Shown: in pieces, positions 1 through 9,632 of the stretch
How positions within the stretch are numbered: position 1 is the first letter of the stretch
How the letters are laid out: every line of letters starts with the position of its first letter
DNA from: Peptococcia bacterium
GTDB lineage: Bacteria > Bacillota > Peptococcia > DRI-13 > DTU073
Assembly: GCA_050951565.1 (NCBI GenBank)
Contig: JBMNJH010000012.1
Coordinates: forward strand, 63,141-127,140
Length of the DNA: 64,000 nt
Direction of reading: 5' to 3'
Position numbers and translations under genes: made by a program
The notes under the pieces: generated by a model
Told to the model about the DNA's origin: nothing
Databases searched by the model: none
The model's input: the letters and a program-made list of their open reading frames with translations, nothing else

Positions 1-28
1 AGCTCCCAAAGAGCAAGTAGCAGAAAGT

Positions 29-823
29 ATGGAGGAAAACTACGGGGAATATGTTGCGCCCGCTTTGCTTGAACAATGGAAGCAAGACCCGCAAAAGGCC
101 CCGGGCAGGCTTACTTCCAGCCCTTGGCCGGATCAGATCGAAATATTGAACATGAACAAAGTTTCGGAGGAAGCCTATCATGTAAAAGGTGAAATTATCG
201 AGGTTACCAATGTGGAAAAAGAAAGCGGGGAAGTTGCCGCGAAAAGAGAAATTAATCTCACCGTGGTAAAAATCGATGAACGGTGGTTCATTAACAGCGT
301 TGAACTGGGAGATTACGTGGAGGGCGACGGTGCCCTCAATAACGGTACTGATAACGATAGCGCTGCCGCTAATACTAATACTAATACTAATGGTAATGCT
401 AATGCTAATACCGGAAGCAAGCTCTCCCTGGTGTATAAAAACGAGCAATATGGGTTCAGTTTTGCTCTGCCCGAGAGTTGGAAAAACTACAAGATTATCA
501 CTGAGGAATGGGAGGGGAGATGGTTAGAAGACGCTCCCGAGGGTAAAAATGTGGAGAAAGGTCCGCTGATTTCCATTCGCCATCCTCTTTGGACAGAAAA
601 AAACCCGCGGCAGGATATCCCCATGCTCATTCTTACGCATCAGCAATGGAACTCTGTGCAGCAGGAAATACTCGCGATCGGAGCGGCGCCTGTTCCGCCA
701 TCTAAATTAGGCAGTAATGACAAGTACGTTTTTGCCTTGCCCGCCCGTTATAACTACGCTTTTCCCGAAGGATTCGAAGAAGTGGAGGACATTTTAGCCA
801 GCAATCCCCTGCAAACGAACTAA
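29..823 (+). CDS. Hypothetical protein (5'-partial; reading frame is open to window start) with Asn/Thr low-complexity segment NTNTNTNGNANANT
   Basis: Long ORF in frame from position 2. No recognisable catalytic motifs. Contains an in-frame hexamer repeat at 371-412. Confidence 0.5.
   Translation: MEENYGEYVAPALLEQWKQDPQKAPGRLTSSPWPDQIEILNMNKVSEEAYHVKGEIIEVTNVEKESGEVAAKREINLTVVKIDERWFINSVELGDYVEGDGALNNGTDNDSAAANTNTNTNGNANANTGSKLSLVYKNEQYGFSFALPESWKNYKIITEEWEGRWLEDAPEGKNVEKGPLISIRHPLWTEKNPRQDIPMLILTHQQWNSVQQEILAIGAAPVPPSKLGSNDKYVFALPARYNYAFPEGFEEVEDILASNPLQTN
371..412 (+). repeat. In-frame hexanucleotide tandem repeat (AAT-NNT)x7 encoding NTNTNTNGNANANT
   Basis: aatact aatact aatact aatggt aatgct aatgct aatacc read directly from the sequence. 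Confidence 0.8.
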
Positions 824-919
824 TTGATAATTTTAGACCTGCTGAGGTAAAGTGACATAAGTAAGTCGCATAAGCATAAAAGCGCAGCGATGGTCCAAAA
901 TATATGGTAAGGATACAAA

Positions 920-947
920 GGCAGTAATATCGCAAGGTATTACTGCC
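920..947 (+). other. Perfect 10-bp stem / 8-nt loop hairpin (GGCAGTAATA-tcgcaagg-TATTACTGCC) in the intergenic region
   Basis: Inverted repeat seen in the sequence between the first ORF and the CODH-like gene. No downstream U-tract. Confidence 0.4.
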
Positions 948-1019
948 CAAACTATTTAAAAGAGGTTTTTTTGCAGGAGAATTACCGAAGAAAAATTCCA
1001 GAAGAAGGAGAATGATTGC

Positions 1020-2723
1020 TTGATGGCGGAAAATGTTTTGGAAAGAACCGAAGGGCGGGTCAGTTATCATGATTCGGTGGAAGCGATGCTGAAAAGAATC
1101 AAAGAGGATGGGCTTTCCAGCGTCTTTTCCAGGTGGCCGGTCCAGGAAAAGCTGCGGTGTAGTTTTTGCTTGCAGGGTCTGAGCTGCCAGTTATGCACCC
1201 ATGGGCCTTGCCGGATCAGCGATAAGGTGGCGGGCGCGGACAAAGGGGTGTGCGGTATTGGGCCTGATGCCATGGCTATGCGGAATTTGCTCATGCGTAA
1301 TATTATGGGCGCCGCAACCTATGCCCATCATGCTTTTGAAGCCTTTCGCACCTTGAAAGCCACCGGAGAAGGAAAAACTCCTTTTACCATCGGCGATGTG
1401 GGCAAACTGAAATGGATGTGTGAAAAGGTGGGCATCGACCCCAATCAGGAGACGAAGCAACTGGCGATTCAATTGGCGGAATTGCTGGATCGGGAATTAA
1501 AAATCAATCCGGACCAGGAAAGCATCATGCTGGAGGCCTTTGCCCCGAAGAAGCGCAAAGTTTTGTGGCGGGAGAAGGAGCTTTATCCTTCCGGGGTACA
1601 GCATGAGGTGGAAAACAGTATTGCCAGTTGCCTTACCAATGTGGACGGGGACTTTGTGTCCCTGGCCCGAAAAGCCCTGCGTTTGGGGATCGCAACCATT
1701 TATACGGCTCAAATCGGCCTGGAAATGGTGCAGGATATTCTTTTTGGGACTCCCATGCCCCACCAGGTCGATGTTGACCTGGGCATTATGGATCCTGATT
1801 ATGTCAACATCGTTTTCAATGGACATCAACCCTGGATTGGGGTGGCCACCCTGCAAAAAGTGCGGCAGCCCGCCTACCAGGAGCGGGCCCAAAAGGCAGG
1901 AGCCAAGGGGATCCATATTGTTGGTTCCATCGAAACAGGACAGGAGTTAGTTCAAAGATTCCCGGTGGACGACGTTTTTGTGGGTTTGATGGGAAACTGG
2001 CTATCGCTCGAACCACTTTTGGCCACCGGCGCGGTGGATGCCTTAGTGATGGAAGAAAACTGTTCGCCGCCGGCGATTGACCAGTATGCGGAAAAATACC
2101 AGTTTGCTTTGTTCTACCGGGAACTGGGCGTGGAATTAAACACGATTAAAGCCTTGCTCACGTCTCCCTCTTTTGATAAGACCGCCGCTTTGCGTGAACA
2201 CCATGCCAAACTCCTGGCGAAAAAGGCGCGTCTGGAACTATTGATTGCCAACGTGGAAAAATCCATTGCGGCGGCGGAGGGGAGGATTAGGATGTCGGAC
2301 CAGGAGAAGTTTGAGGGCTTTAAGAAAAAATTGCTGGAAGAAAACGAAGCCCAATACGGGCGGGAGAGTAGAGAAAAGTACGGGGAAGAAGCGGTTCGCC
2401 GGTCCAACCAAAAGTTCATGGAGATGACCGAAGAGCAATATGCCAAACTCCAGGAATTGACCGAGCGGCTCAATGATACCTTAAAGCAGGCCATGGTCAC
2501 CGGCGATCCGGCCGGAGACTTGGCCCAAAAGGCTTGTGCACTGCACAAAGAATGGTTGCTTTACTTTTGGCCGAAGTATTCAAAAGAAGCGCATTGGGGG
2601 CTGGCTCAAATGTACGTGGATGGCCCTCGTTTTACCGCCTACTATGACCAGATTGCTCCGGGTTGTGCCGTGTTTTTACGCGATGCCCTGCGGATTTATA
2701 CGGGAGCAAAGGGAGGAGAATAA
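1020..2723 (+). CDS. Truncated, probably catalytically inactive Ni-CO-dehydrogenase (CooS/hybrid-cluster family) N-terminal region fused to a C-terminal TipAS-like (thiopeptide/antibiotic-recognition) domain
   Basis: N-terminal Cys cluster CSFCLQGLSCQLCTHGPCRI...GVCGIGPD matches the CooS B/D-cluster motifs (CCRHCLQGPCRI...GICGATAE). ILFGTPMP and NIVFNGHQP match the CooS LFGTPAP / VAVHGHNP motifs. The C-cluster Cys of the 'ICCTGNE' motif is replaced (GSIETGQE) and the C-terminal half of CooS is absent. The last ~150 aa (RFTAYYDQIAPGCAVFLRDALRIY) match the TipAS/Mta C-terminal domain. Confidence 0.75.
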   Translation: MMAENVLERTEGRVSYHDSVEAMLKRIKEDGLSSVFSRWPVQEKLRCSFCLQGLSCQLCTHGPCRISDKVAGADKGVCGIGPDAMAMRNLLMRNIMGAATYAHHAFEAFRTLKATGEGKTPFTIGDVGKLKWMCEKVGIDPNQETKQLAIQLAELLDRELKINPDQESIMLEAFAPKKRKVLWREKELYPSGVQHEVENSIASCLTNVDGDFVSLARKALRLGIATIYTAQIGLEMVQDILFGTPMPHQVDVDLGIMDPDYVNIVFNGHQPWIGVATLQKVRQPAYQERAQKAGAKGIHIVGSIETGQELVQRFPVDDVFVGLMGNWLSLEPLLATGAVDALVMEENCSPPAIDQYAEKYQFALFYRELGVELNTIKALLTSPSFDKTAALREHHAKLLAKKARLELLIANVEKSIAAAEGRIRMSDQEKFEGFKKKLLEENEAQYGRESREKYGEEAVRRSNQKFMEMTEEQYAKLQELTERLNDTLKQAMVTGDPAGDLAQKACALHKEWLLYFWPKYSKEAHWGLAQMYVDGPRFTAYYDQIAPGCAVFLRDALRIYTGAKGGE

Positions 2724-2905
2724 GCCGGCTCATCCCGGATCAAGCAGTCGGAAAAGTAATGACGCTCTGCACTTTGACTGTTACCCTTTCCAACGGTCAA
2801 TTTTAGTGCATCGGGGCCCGAAATCAGTTATAATAATATTTGTTGTATTGCCAACAACTCGAGTAATTAAGTCGAGTGCTTCAGTGAAAGGTAGGGCTCC
2901 TGGTT

Positions 2906-3646
2906 ATGAATACCCGCAAAACCGCCATTATCACCGGCGCATCCCGGGGGATTGGCCGGAAAACCGCCGAGCTATTTGCCCTTAACGGATACAATGTGCT
3001 GATTAATTTCCGCCATTCGCAGCAGGCGGCGGAACAACTCCAAAAGGAATTAAGACAAGCCGGGGCCAAGGTGGAAATTTTCCGGGCCGATGTGGGAAAT
3101 TATGATGAGGCCCGGGCGATGGTGGATTTTTGTTTGGACCGTTTTGGCGCGGTGGACGTTTTGGTCAACAACGCGGCCATCAGCCAGAGCAAATTGTTTA
3201 CCGAGCTGACGCCGGCCGAATGGCAGGAAATGATGAGGGTGATTTTGAACGGGGTTTTCAACTGCACCCAGCATGCTTTAAAGCACATGCTGCGGGAGAA
3301 TCGGGGGAAGATTATCAACCTGTCTTCGATTTGGGGGATTGCCGGAGCGTCTTGTGAAGTGCATTATTCAACGGCCAAGGCGGGTATCATCGGCTTTACC
3401 AAGGCTTTAGCCAAAGAGATGGGCCCTTCCAATATTCAGGTAAATTGTGTGGCCCCCGGCGTAATCGAGACGGATATGCTCAATGAGTATACGGAGGAGG
3501 ATTTGGAGGCGCTGCGGCAGGAGACCCTGGTGAAGCGACTGGGCAGCCCCCAGGACATTGCGCAGGTGATTTTGTTTCTGGCTTCGGAAAAGGCGGACTA
3601 TATTACCGGCCAGGTAATCAGCCCCGACGGAGGCTTTTTGCTCTAA
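2906..3646 (+). CDS. Short-chain dehydrogenase/reductase (3-oxoacyl-ACP reductase FabG-like)
   Basis: TGASRGIG Rossmann motif, NNAG, and catalytic S...YSTAKAG (YxxxK) spacing typical of classical SDRs. Confidence 0.85.
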   Translation: MNTRKTAIITGASRGIGRKTAELFALNGYNVLINFRHSQQAAEQLQKELRQAGAKVEIFRADVGNYDEARAMVDFCLDRFGAVDVLVNNAAISQSKLFTELTPAEWQEMMRVILNGVFNCTQHALKHMLRENRGKIINLSSIWGIAGASCEVHYSTAKAGIIGFTKALAKEMGPSNIQVNCVAPGVIETDMLNEYTEEDLEALRQETLVKRLGSPQDIAQVILFLASEKADYITGQVISPDGGFLL

Positions 3647-3724
3647 GGTGGAAAAGGGAAAGCGAAAAGTAAAAAAGTGACCGGGAATAGGAAGTAGAGA
3701 AAAGAGAGCAGGAAAAAGAAAGAA

Positions 3725-5365
3725 GTGGGAGAGGGAATGGAAAGTAGAAACGCAAAGGAAGAAAAAATAAACAAACCGGTGCGAGTACGGTTTGCGCCTA
3801 GTCCTACCGGCTATTTGCATATTGGCGGGGCACGGACGGCTTTGTTCAACTGGCTTTTTGCCCGGCAAAACCAGGGAACCTTTGTCTTGCGGATTGAAGA
3901 TACGGATACGGAACGATTAAAAGAAGATTCGGTGGCGCAGATCCTGAACAGCCTCCGTTGGCTGGGTCTGGACTGGGACGAAGGGCCGGATGTGGGCGGA
4001 GCTTACGGGCCATATTACCAGTCGGAGCGGCAAAGCTTCTACCAGGCCGCCGCTGCCGCTTTGTTAAAAGAGGGAAAAGCCTATTACTGTTTTTGCAGCG
4101 AGGAAGAATTGGCTAAGGAGCGGGAAAAACAACGCCAGGCGGGACAAACCATTCGTTACAGCGGGAAATGTCGCCACTTATCGGATCAAGAGGTACAGGA
4201 AGGTCTGGCCCGGGGCGATAAACCGGTGGTGCGGATTAAGCTGCCGGAAAAAGGCGCCATTGTCGTGCAGGATTTAATCCGGGGCGCGGTGACTTTCCAA
4301 TTTGAACAGTTGGATGATTTTATTATCATGAAATCCAATGGCTTGCCGGCCTATAACTTTGCTTGTGTGGTGGATGACCATACCATGGCCATCAGTCATG
4401 TCATCCGGGCGGAAGAACACCTGTCCAATACACCCAAGCAGCAATTCCTTTATGAGGCTTTGGGTTATCCGGTGCCCCAATTTGCCCATCTTTCCATGAT
4501 CCTGGCGCCGGACCGCAGTAAACTGAGCAAGCGGCACGGGGCCACCAGTGTCAGCGAATTCCGGGAGATGGGCTGCCTGCCGGAAGCCATCGTCAATTAC
4601 TTAACGCTGCTGGGTTGGTCGCCCAGTGAAGAGGAAGGCGAAATCCTGACTCCGGAGCAGACCCTGCGGTCGTTCTCCCTGGAGAAGGTCTCGAAGACGG
4701 CGGCCATCTATGATACGCAGAAATTAATCTGGTTAAATGGCCAGTATCTGATGAACTACGCGCCGGAGAAGCTGTTGCCGCAAGCGTTACCCTATTTGCT
4801 GGAGACCGGTTTGGTGGCCGACCCAAAGGAAGCGGAGCAAAAACAGGCCTTGCTGGTGGCGGTGCTGGCCGCTTTTCAGGGAAGAGTAAAAACCTTAGCG
4901 GAGTTGCCGGAAGCCTGCCGGTATTTCTTTACCGATGTTGGTTCCTACGACGAAAAAGGGCAACAGAAGTATTTCTTTAAGCAAAGCGCCGGTTCCGGCG
5001 CAGGTGCGGGTTCCGGTGGTGCAGATGGTGGTTCGGGTGCAGTCACCAGTACCGGCTCAACTGCAAATGCCGGCTACGATGTGGCGGACTTATTAAGGAA
5101 AGGGCGGGATTGCCTGGCTGAGCTGACGGAATTTACCGTGGAAAGAACAGAAAAAGCCTATCGTGATTTGATTGAAAAACTCCAAATCAAATCCGGTCAG
5201 TTAATTCATCCGACCAGGCTCGCTCTGACGGGGCGGACGGCCAGTCCCGGCTTGTTTGAAGTAATGGCCTTATTAGGTAAAGAAAAGTGCCTGGAGCGTT
5301 TGGAGCAGGCGATTGAATACATTGAATACATTAGAGAGCATAAGAACGAGGAAGAGGGAGATTAG
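3725..5365 (+). CDS. gltX: Glutamyl-tRNA synthetase with a Gly/Ser/Ala-rich low-complexity insertion near the C-terminal (anticodon-binding) region
   Basis: Class I HIGH motif (PSPTGYLHIGGARTALFNW) and KMSKS-like KLSKR. The insert is SGAGAGSGGADGGSGAVTSTGSTANAG (DNA approx. 4987-5075). Confidence 0.9.
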   Translation: MGEGMESRNAKEEKINKPVRVRFAPSPTGYLHIGGARTALFNWLFARQNQGTFVLRIEDTDTERLKEDSVAQILNSLRWLGLDWDEGPDVGGAYGPYYQSERQSFYQAAAAALLKEGKAYYCFCSEEELAKEREKQRQAGQTIRYSGKCRHLSDQEVQEGLARGDKPVVRIKLPEKGAIVVQDLIRGAVTFQFEQLDDFIIMKSNGLPAYNFACVVDDHTMAISHVIRAEEHLSNTPKQQFLYEALGYPVPQFAHLSMILAPDRSKLSKRHGATSVSEFREMGCLPEAIVNYLTLLGWSPSEEEGEILTPEQTLRSFSLEKVSKTAAIYDTQKLIWLNGQYLMNYAPEKLLPQALPYLLETGLVADPKEAEQKQALLVAVLAAFQGRVKTLAELPEACRYFFTDVGSYDEKGQQKYFFKQSAGSGAGAGSGGADGGSGAVTSTGSTANAGYDVADLLRKGRDCLAELTEFTVERTEKAYRDLIEKLQIKSGQLIHPTRLALTGRTASPGLFEVMALLGKEKCLERLEQAIEYIEYIREHKNEEEGD

Positions 5366-5467
5366 GCAACCTAGCCCACGAAAAACCGACCTATGATTGA
5401 TAATAACGCGTAATTTCTTCTTGCATTTCGTTGCTTCTACCTGTATAATTAACTTTGTTTCTTTTGT

Positions 5468-5543
5468 GGCCCCATGGTCAAGAGGCCTAAGACGCCGCCC
5501 TCTCACGGCGGAAACAGGGGTTCGAATCCCCTTGGGGCCACCA
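5468..5543 (+). tRNA. tRNA-Glu (anticodon CUC) with encoded CCA
   Basis: 76-nt cloverleaf. Acceptor GGCCCCA/TGGGGCC, discriminator A, then CCA. Anticodon loop CCCTCTCAC is near-identical to E. coli tRNA-Glu (CCCTTTCAC). T-arm GGTTCGAATCC. Confidence 0.9.
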
Positions 5544-5567
5544 CCAAAATGAAATCGTGTAATATTA

Positions 5568-5606
5568 AAACCCGCTTTTTTGTTAAAGCGGGTTTTATTG
5601 TTTTGG
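5568..5606 (+). terminator. Rho-independent terminator after tRNA-Glu (11-bp stem AAACCCGCTTT/AAAGCGGGTTT, followed by a T-rich tract)
   Basis: Hairpin and T-tract read directly. Flanked by an A-tract, so it may act bidirectionally. Confidence 0.7.
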
Positions 5607-5687
5607 CTGATGACCTTTGGATGCTTTTTCGACTAAAAAGTGAAGTTATTGTCGCAGGAATAATTCGTTGCGCCAGTTTGGCAGCAG

Positions 5688-6467
5688 TTAGTTGTCGACG
5701 GGTTTGCCGGTTCGGCCGGCGATTAACCGATTTTCCCCGGTCTCGAGATTGTATTGATAAACCGCTTCATTGGTGCTATAAGACTCGTCGCTTAACACCC
5801 AGTCTTTTTTGATGTATTCGATGGTCTGCTCGTCAATCCATTTATTGGCCAGGTAATCAGTGCCATCTGTGCCACTGAATAATACTGTGCTTTTTTTCGT
5901 GTGAAGATCATAAAGCACCAGGTCGAAAATATTGGGATCAATCGTAATGGTGTTTTTGATTTCCGATTGATTCTCGTTAAGACCGGTGTAGATTAATTGA
6001 TTTCCTTCCGGGGAAAAGAAAAGGGTTTCATAGTAATCGAAGCTGTCAACAAAGGCTGCATCGGCGGTAAATAAGTGACCAAGCCTGATCACATAGGTGC
6101 CTGAATCGGCGAAGATGTATTTACTGTTGGGTGACCATACTAATTCAGCGACATGAAACAATTCGCGTTCCGACTGGATCGGAGAACTTTCCCCTACAGG
6201 CCATATATGAAGGAAAACCGGTTTGTCGAATTCTTCTTCGGTTTGGCCTTTGAGATAGGCAATATATTTTTTATCGGTTGATTGGGTAATAAAAGTAACA
6301 TCGTCTTGGGCTCTGAGCTGTTGGATAATATACTCCACGGAGAATTGCTCCGTAGCGTTGTTGGCCGTGCCGTTATTGGCGGCCTCGTTGTTTGCGCCAA
6401 AACATCCGCTTAACCCTAAGACCAGGGTCATGAAAAAACAAAGTAAAACGATTCTTTTCAAGTTCAA
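5688..6467 (-). CDS. Lipoprotein of unknown function (lipobox LGLSGC), beta-propeller-like C-terminal region
   Basis: Signal peptide plus Cys lipobox. Low-complexity ANNEAANNGTANNATE follows the Cys. Lies downstream of feoB on the same strand. Confidence 0.6.
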   Translation of the reverse strand: MNLKRIVLLCFFMTLVLGLSGCFGANNEAANNGTANNATEQFSVEYIIQQLRAQDDVTFITQSTDKKYIAYLKGQTEEEFDKPVFLHIWPVGESSPIQSERELFHVAELVWSPNSKYIFADSGTYVIRLGHLFTADAAFVDSFDYYETLFFSPEGNQLIYTGLNENQSEIKNTITIDPNIFDLVLYDLHTKKSTVLFSGTDGTDYLANKWIDEQTIEYIKKDWVLSDESYSTNEAVYQYNLETGENRLIAGRTGKPVDN

Positions 6468-6600
6468 TTCCCCCCTAATCTCCAGATTCTCAAAATCAAT
6501 CGGTAGTAGTGATTTTTAAATCTCTTACCACCCCCGCCTTAAATTCTTGTGGATTATCAGTTAAAGGAATAAGTTCTTCATTCCTTTCATTTTTCCTTTT

Positions 6601-8631
6601 CTATTGACCCAGACCAAGGAGCAGGCCTCCCTGGTAGACCAGGAAAGCCACGAACCAGGCCAGGGCAAAGGTGTAAAGAACCGCAAAAATTGTCCATTTC
6701 CAGGAGCCGGTTTCCGCCTTAATCGCGCCAATCGTTCCCGCACAAGGGATATAGATTAAAGTCATCACCATGAAACTGTACGCGCTTAAGGGTGTCCAAT
6801 GCAAGGCCAGTACGGCCGACAGGCTTTCTTGCCCCGTACCGTAAAGAACGCCGAGGGTGCTGACCACCACTTCTTTGGCGACGACCCCGAAGAGCAGCGC
6901 CGAGGCCGCTTCTCTCGTCCCAAAACCAAGGGGAGCAAAAAGCGGAGCCAGCAGGGAACCTAATTTACCCATGAAACTATCCGGACTGGCATATTCTACC
7001 CCCCAGGGGAAATAGGCGAGAGCCCAGGCAATCATCACGACACTAAAGATTACCGTCCCTACTTTTCTAAAGAAAGCGACGCTTTTTCTTTCGATTTGAA
7101 TGAAGGTATCTTTTAAGGTCGGCAGGCGGTAGGGAGGCAACTCAATTAAGAGGGGCGAAGTCTCCCCGGGGAAGAAAAACCGAGCAAAAATTTTGGCCAT
7201 GATAACTGCAAGGAGAATCCCCAACAGGTAAAGGGAAAACATTACCACTGCCTGGTATGCTTTGAAAAATGCGCCTACAAACAGGGCATATACGGGCAGC
7301 CGCGCCCCGCAGGACATCAGCGGGAGAATTAAAATGGTAATCAGGCGGTCCCGGGGATTTCTCAGGGTCCTGGCCGCCAAAATGGCCGGAACATTGCAGC
7401 CAAAGCCCATCACCAGCGGGATAATGGCTTTTCCCTCCAAGCCAAGATAGCGCATATAGCGATCCATCAAAAAGGCCCCGCGGGCCATATAGCCACTGTT
7501 TTCCAACAGGGAAATCGCCAGGAACAAACAAATAATCACCGGCAGGAAAATAATAATGCTTCCTAACCCGCCGATTATTCCTTCGACCACAAAAGAAGCC
7601 AGTAAATCGTGGGTAATCAGCCCAGACAATTGATTTCCCAGGAAAGCAAAAATATCTTCTAACAAGCTAACAAGGGGACTGCTTAAGGTGAAGGTAATTT
7701 TAAAAACCACCAGAATCGCTAGAAAAAAGAGGGGCAATCCGATGTATTTATTGAGGACGATACGGTCGATTTTATCGGAAAGGGTATAAGTGCCCGCCAG
7801 GTCGGGGCTGTCCACCACCTGTTGCAGGACTGTGTTGATGTATTGATATCTTTTCTCGATAAACATTGCCGCAAGGTTTTCACCATAGATTTTTTTAAGC
7901 CGGTTCATGCTTTGCTTCCGGAAAGCCAGCAGGTTGTGGAAAATCTTTTCACACAGTTCGGCCTTCATCTGCATCGTCTTGAGGAAATTCTCGCCTTCTT
8001 CCAACAGTTTCAGCGCCAGAAAGCGCAAGGGATAGGAAGAAGGGGTGAGGCCCATCGTGAGGATGGCTTCTTCCAGGGTCCTGATTTCCGCTTCAATTTC
8101 CGGGCCGTAATCAAGGGAAAAACCATGTTCCGGCGGGGCTTGTTCGGCGGTGGCCACGCGCACCAGGTCCCCAAGCCCCATTTTTGTTCTGGCGATGGTG
8201 GGGACAATCGGCACTTTGAGCAGATAAGACAGTTTCGTGACGTTGATCTTGATCGCGTTTTTTTCGATCTCGTCCATCATGTTTAAAGCGACGATGACCG
8301 GGACGCCCATTTCCAGCAGTTGCACCGTCAAGTAAAGGTTCCGCTGCAGGTTGGTGGCATCCAGCACGTTGATGACGGCATGGGGTTTTTCCAGCAGCAG
8401 ATAATTGCGCGCTACCAGTTCGTCTTCCGACTGGGAGCCCATGCTGTAAATGCCCGGCAAATCAATGATGGTAACGTGGGGATGATTGATCAGGGGACCT
8501 TCTTTTTTTTCAATCGTAACCCCCGGCCAATTGCCGACTTTTTGCTTGGCCCCGGTTAAATTATTAAACAAAGAGGTTTTTCCTGTATTGGGATTTCCGA
8601 TTAAGGCAATCGTTTTTTCTGTCGTGGTCAT
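6601..8631 (-). CDS. feoB: Ferrous iron transporter FeoB (N-terminal G-domain plus polytopic membrane domain)
   Basis: GNPNTGKTSLFN G1 motif, DLPG G3 motif, long hydrophobic C-terminal region, 676 aa. Confidence 0.92.
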   Translation of the reverse strand: MTTTEKTIALIGNPNTGKTSLFNNLTGAKQKVGNWPGVTIEKKEGPLINHPHVTIIDLPGIYSMGSQSEDELVARNYLLLEKPHAVINVLDATNLQRNLYLTVQLLEMGVPVIVALNMMDEIEKNAIKINVTKLSYLLKVPIVPTIARTKMGLGDLVRVATAEQAPPEHGFSLDYGPEIEAEIRTLEEAILTMGLTPSSYPLRFLALKLLEEGENFLKTMQMKAELCEKIFHNLLAFRKQSMNRLKKIYGENLAAMFIEKRYQYINTVLQQVVDSPDLAGTYTLSDKIDRIVLNKYIGLPLFFLAILVVFKITFTLSSPLVSLLEDIFAFLGNQLSGLITHDLLASFVVEGIIGGLGSIIIFLPVIICLFLAISLLENSGYMARGAFLMDRYMRYLGLEGKAIIPLVMGFGCNVPAILAARTLRNPRDRLITILILPLMSCGARLPVYALFVGAFFKAYQAVVMFSLYLLGILLAVIMAKIFARFFFPGETSPLLIELPPYRLPTLKDTFIQIERKSVAFFRKVGTVIFSVVMIAWALAYFPWGVEYASPDSFMGKLGSLLAPLFAPLGFGTREAASALLFGVVAKEVVVSTLGVLYGTGQESLSAVLALHWTPLSAYSFMVMTLIYIPCAGTIGAIKAETGSWKWTIFAVLYTFALAWFVAFLVYQGGLLLGLGQ

Positions 8632-8703
8632 TGTTTCTTCTCCTTAGGGTAATGTATCGTAGTGATGAAAGTTGTTGCGCGTTGAACGAAGAAAATACAG
8701 GGT

Positions 8704-8943
8704 TTAGCCGGCCTTTTCCACGAGAATTTTGCTGGCCATTTGACGGCCCAGGGCGATTCGGCTGCTGGAGAGGGCAATCAGCACCGGACCCCATCCGTCA
8801 TTACGCACGATGTTGATTTGGGTGCCGCGGTTAAGCCCCATTTCATTGAGTCTTCTTTTTAAGCTGCTTCCGCCGGCGATTTCTTTGATGATGACCTTTT
8901 CGCCAGGTCGCATTGTAATTAAGGATTGTTGTTTTTCGCTCAT
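8704..8943 (-). CDS. feoA: FeoA (small SH3-like ferrous iron transport protein)
   Basis: 79 aa, sits immediately upstream of feoB, typical FeoA size and context (LRRLxELGLxxGxxI). Confidence 0.85.
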   Translation of the reverse strand: MSEKQQSLITMRPGEKVIIKEIAGGSSLKRRLNEMGLNRGTQINIVRNDGWGPVLIALSSSRIALGRQMASKILVEKAG

Positions 8944-9025
8944 TTTACGTCACCTCAGTTTTGTGTGGATGTTAAAGCAGAGTAGTGATGAATCGAACAA
9001 GGATGATTTAGTGACAATAAAAAGC

Positions 9026-9463
9026 TTACAGATCGGACTTAAGTAATTCGGCAGCTTTTTTAAGGTCAAGGTCGCTGCTGATTTGGTAGTTGCCTTTTTC
9101 CAGAAAAGCAATCATACCGGCAATGGTTTGGGGACTAATGACATGTTCGATTAAGCAGGCATCTTTGTTGGCGATATCGGCATCTACTTGCAATACGGTC
9201 ACCAGGAATTCGCGGATGATTTTGTGCATCTTTTTCACTTTTAACGCGGCCAGTTCGCCTTTTTTGGTCAGCGAAACAGGGCCGTATTTTTCTTTCAGCA
9301 CCATTTTTTCATTAATCAAAGTATCAATGGCTTGGGTTGCGCTTGCTTTGGTAATATTAAGAGCGTTGGCGATATCCGTAATGCGCGTGGAATGATTGTT
9401 TTCCGATAGTTGAAGAATTACCTCCAGATAGTCCTGGGTCGAGGGTGTAAGTGCTTTACTCAT
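9026..9463 (-). CDS. DtxR/MntR-family metal-dependent transcriptional repressor
   Basis: N-terminal winged-helix region TQDYLEVILQLSENNHSTRITDIANALNITKASATQAIDTL is typical of the DtxR/IdeR family. First gene of the dtxR-feoA-feoB operon. Confidence 0.85.
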   Translation of the reverse strand: MSKALTPSTQDYLEVILQLSENNHSTRITDIANALNITKASATQAIDTLINEKMVLKEKYGPVSLTKKGELAALKVKKMHKIIREFLVTVLQVDADIANKDACLIEHVISPQTIAGMIAFLEKGNYQISSDLDLKKAAELLKSDL

Positions 9464-9492
9464 CTCGGGCTCACTTCCCTTTAGTAAAAAAT

Positions 9493-9508
9493 GTTAGGCT
9501 TACCTAAC
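9493..9508. promoter_or_regulatory. Inverted repeat GTTAGG-CTTA-CCTAAC, a candidate DtxR-family operator in the divergent promoter region
   Basis: Half-sites TTAGG/CCTAA are those of IdeR/DtxR boxes (TTAGGTTAGGCTAACCTAA) but with a shorter spacer. Located 30 bp upstream of the dtxR-like start. Confidence 0.45.
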
Positions 9509-9632
9509 TTATTTATAACCTATTTTTTGTCCCTCGTCAATAGTGAAAAAAGTTGTCGCCGTGAAACAAGGAAAGGATGGCATTTTGGCCCCGCATATGT
9601 TATATTTTGGTTGGAATGAGGAGGAATGGCAA

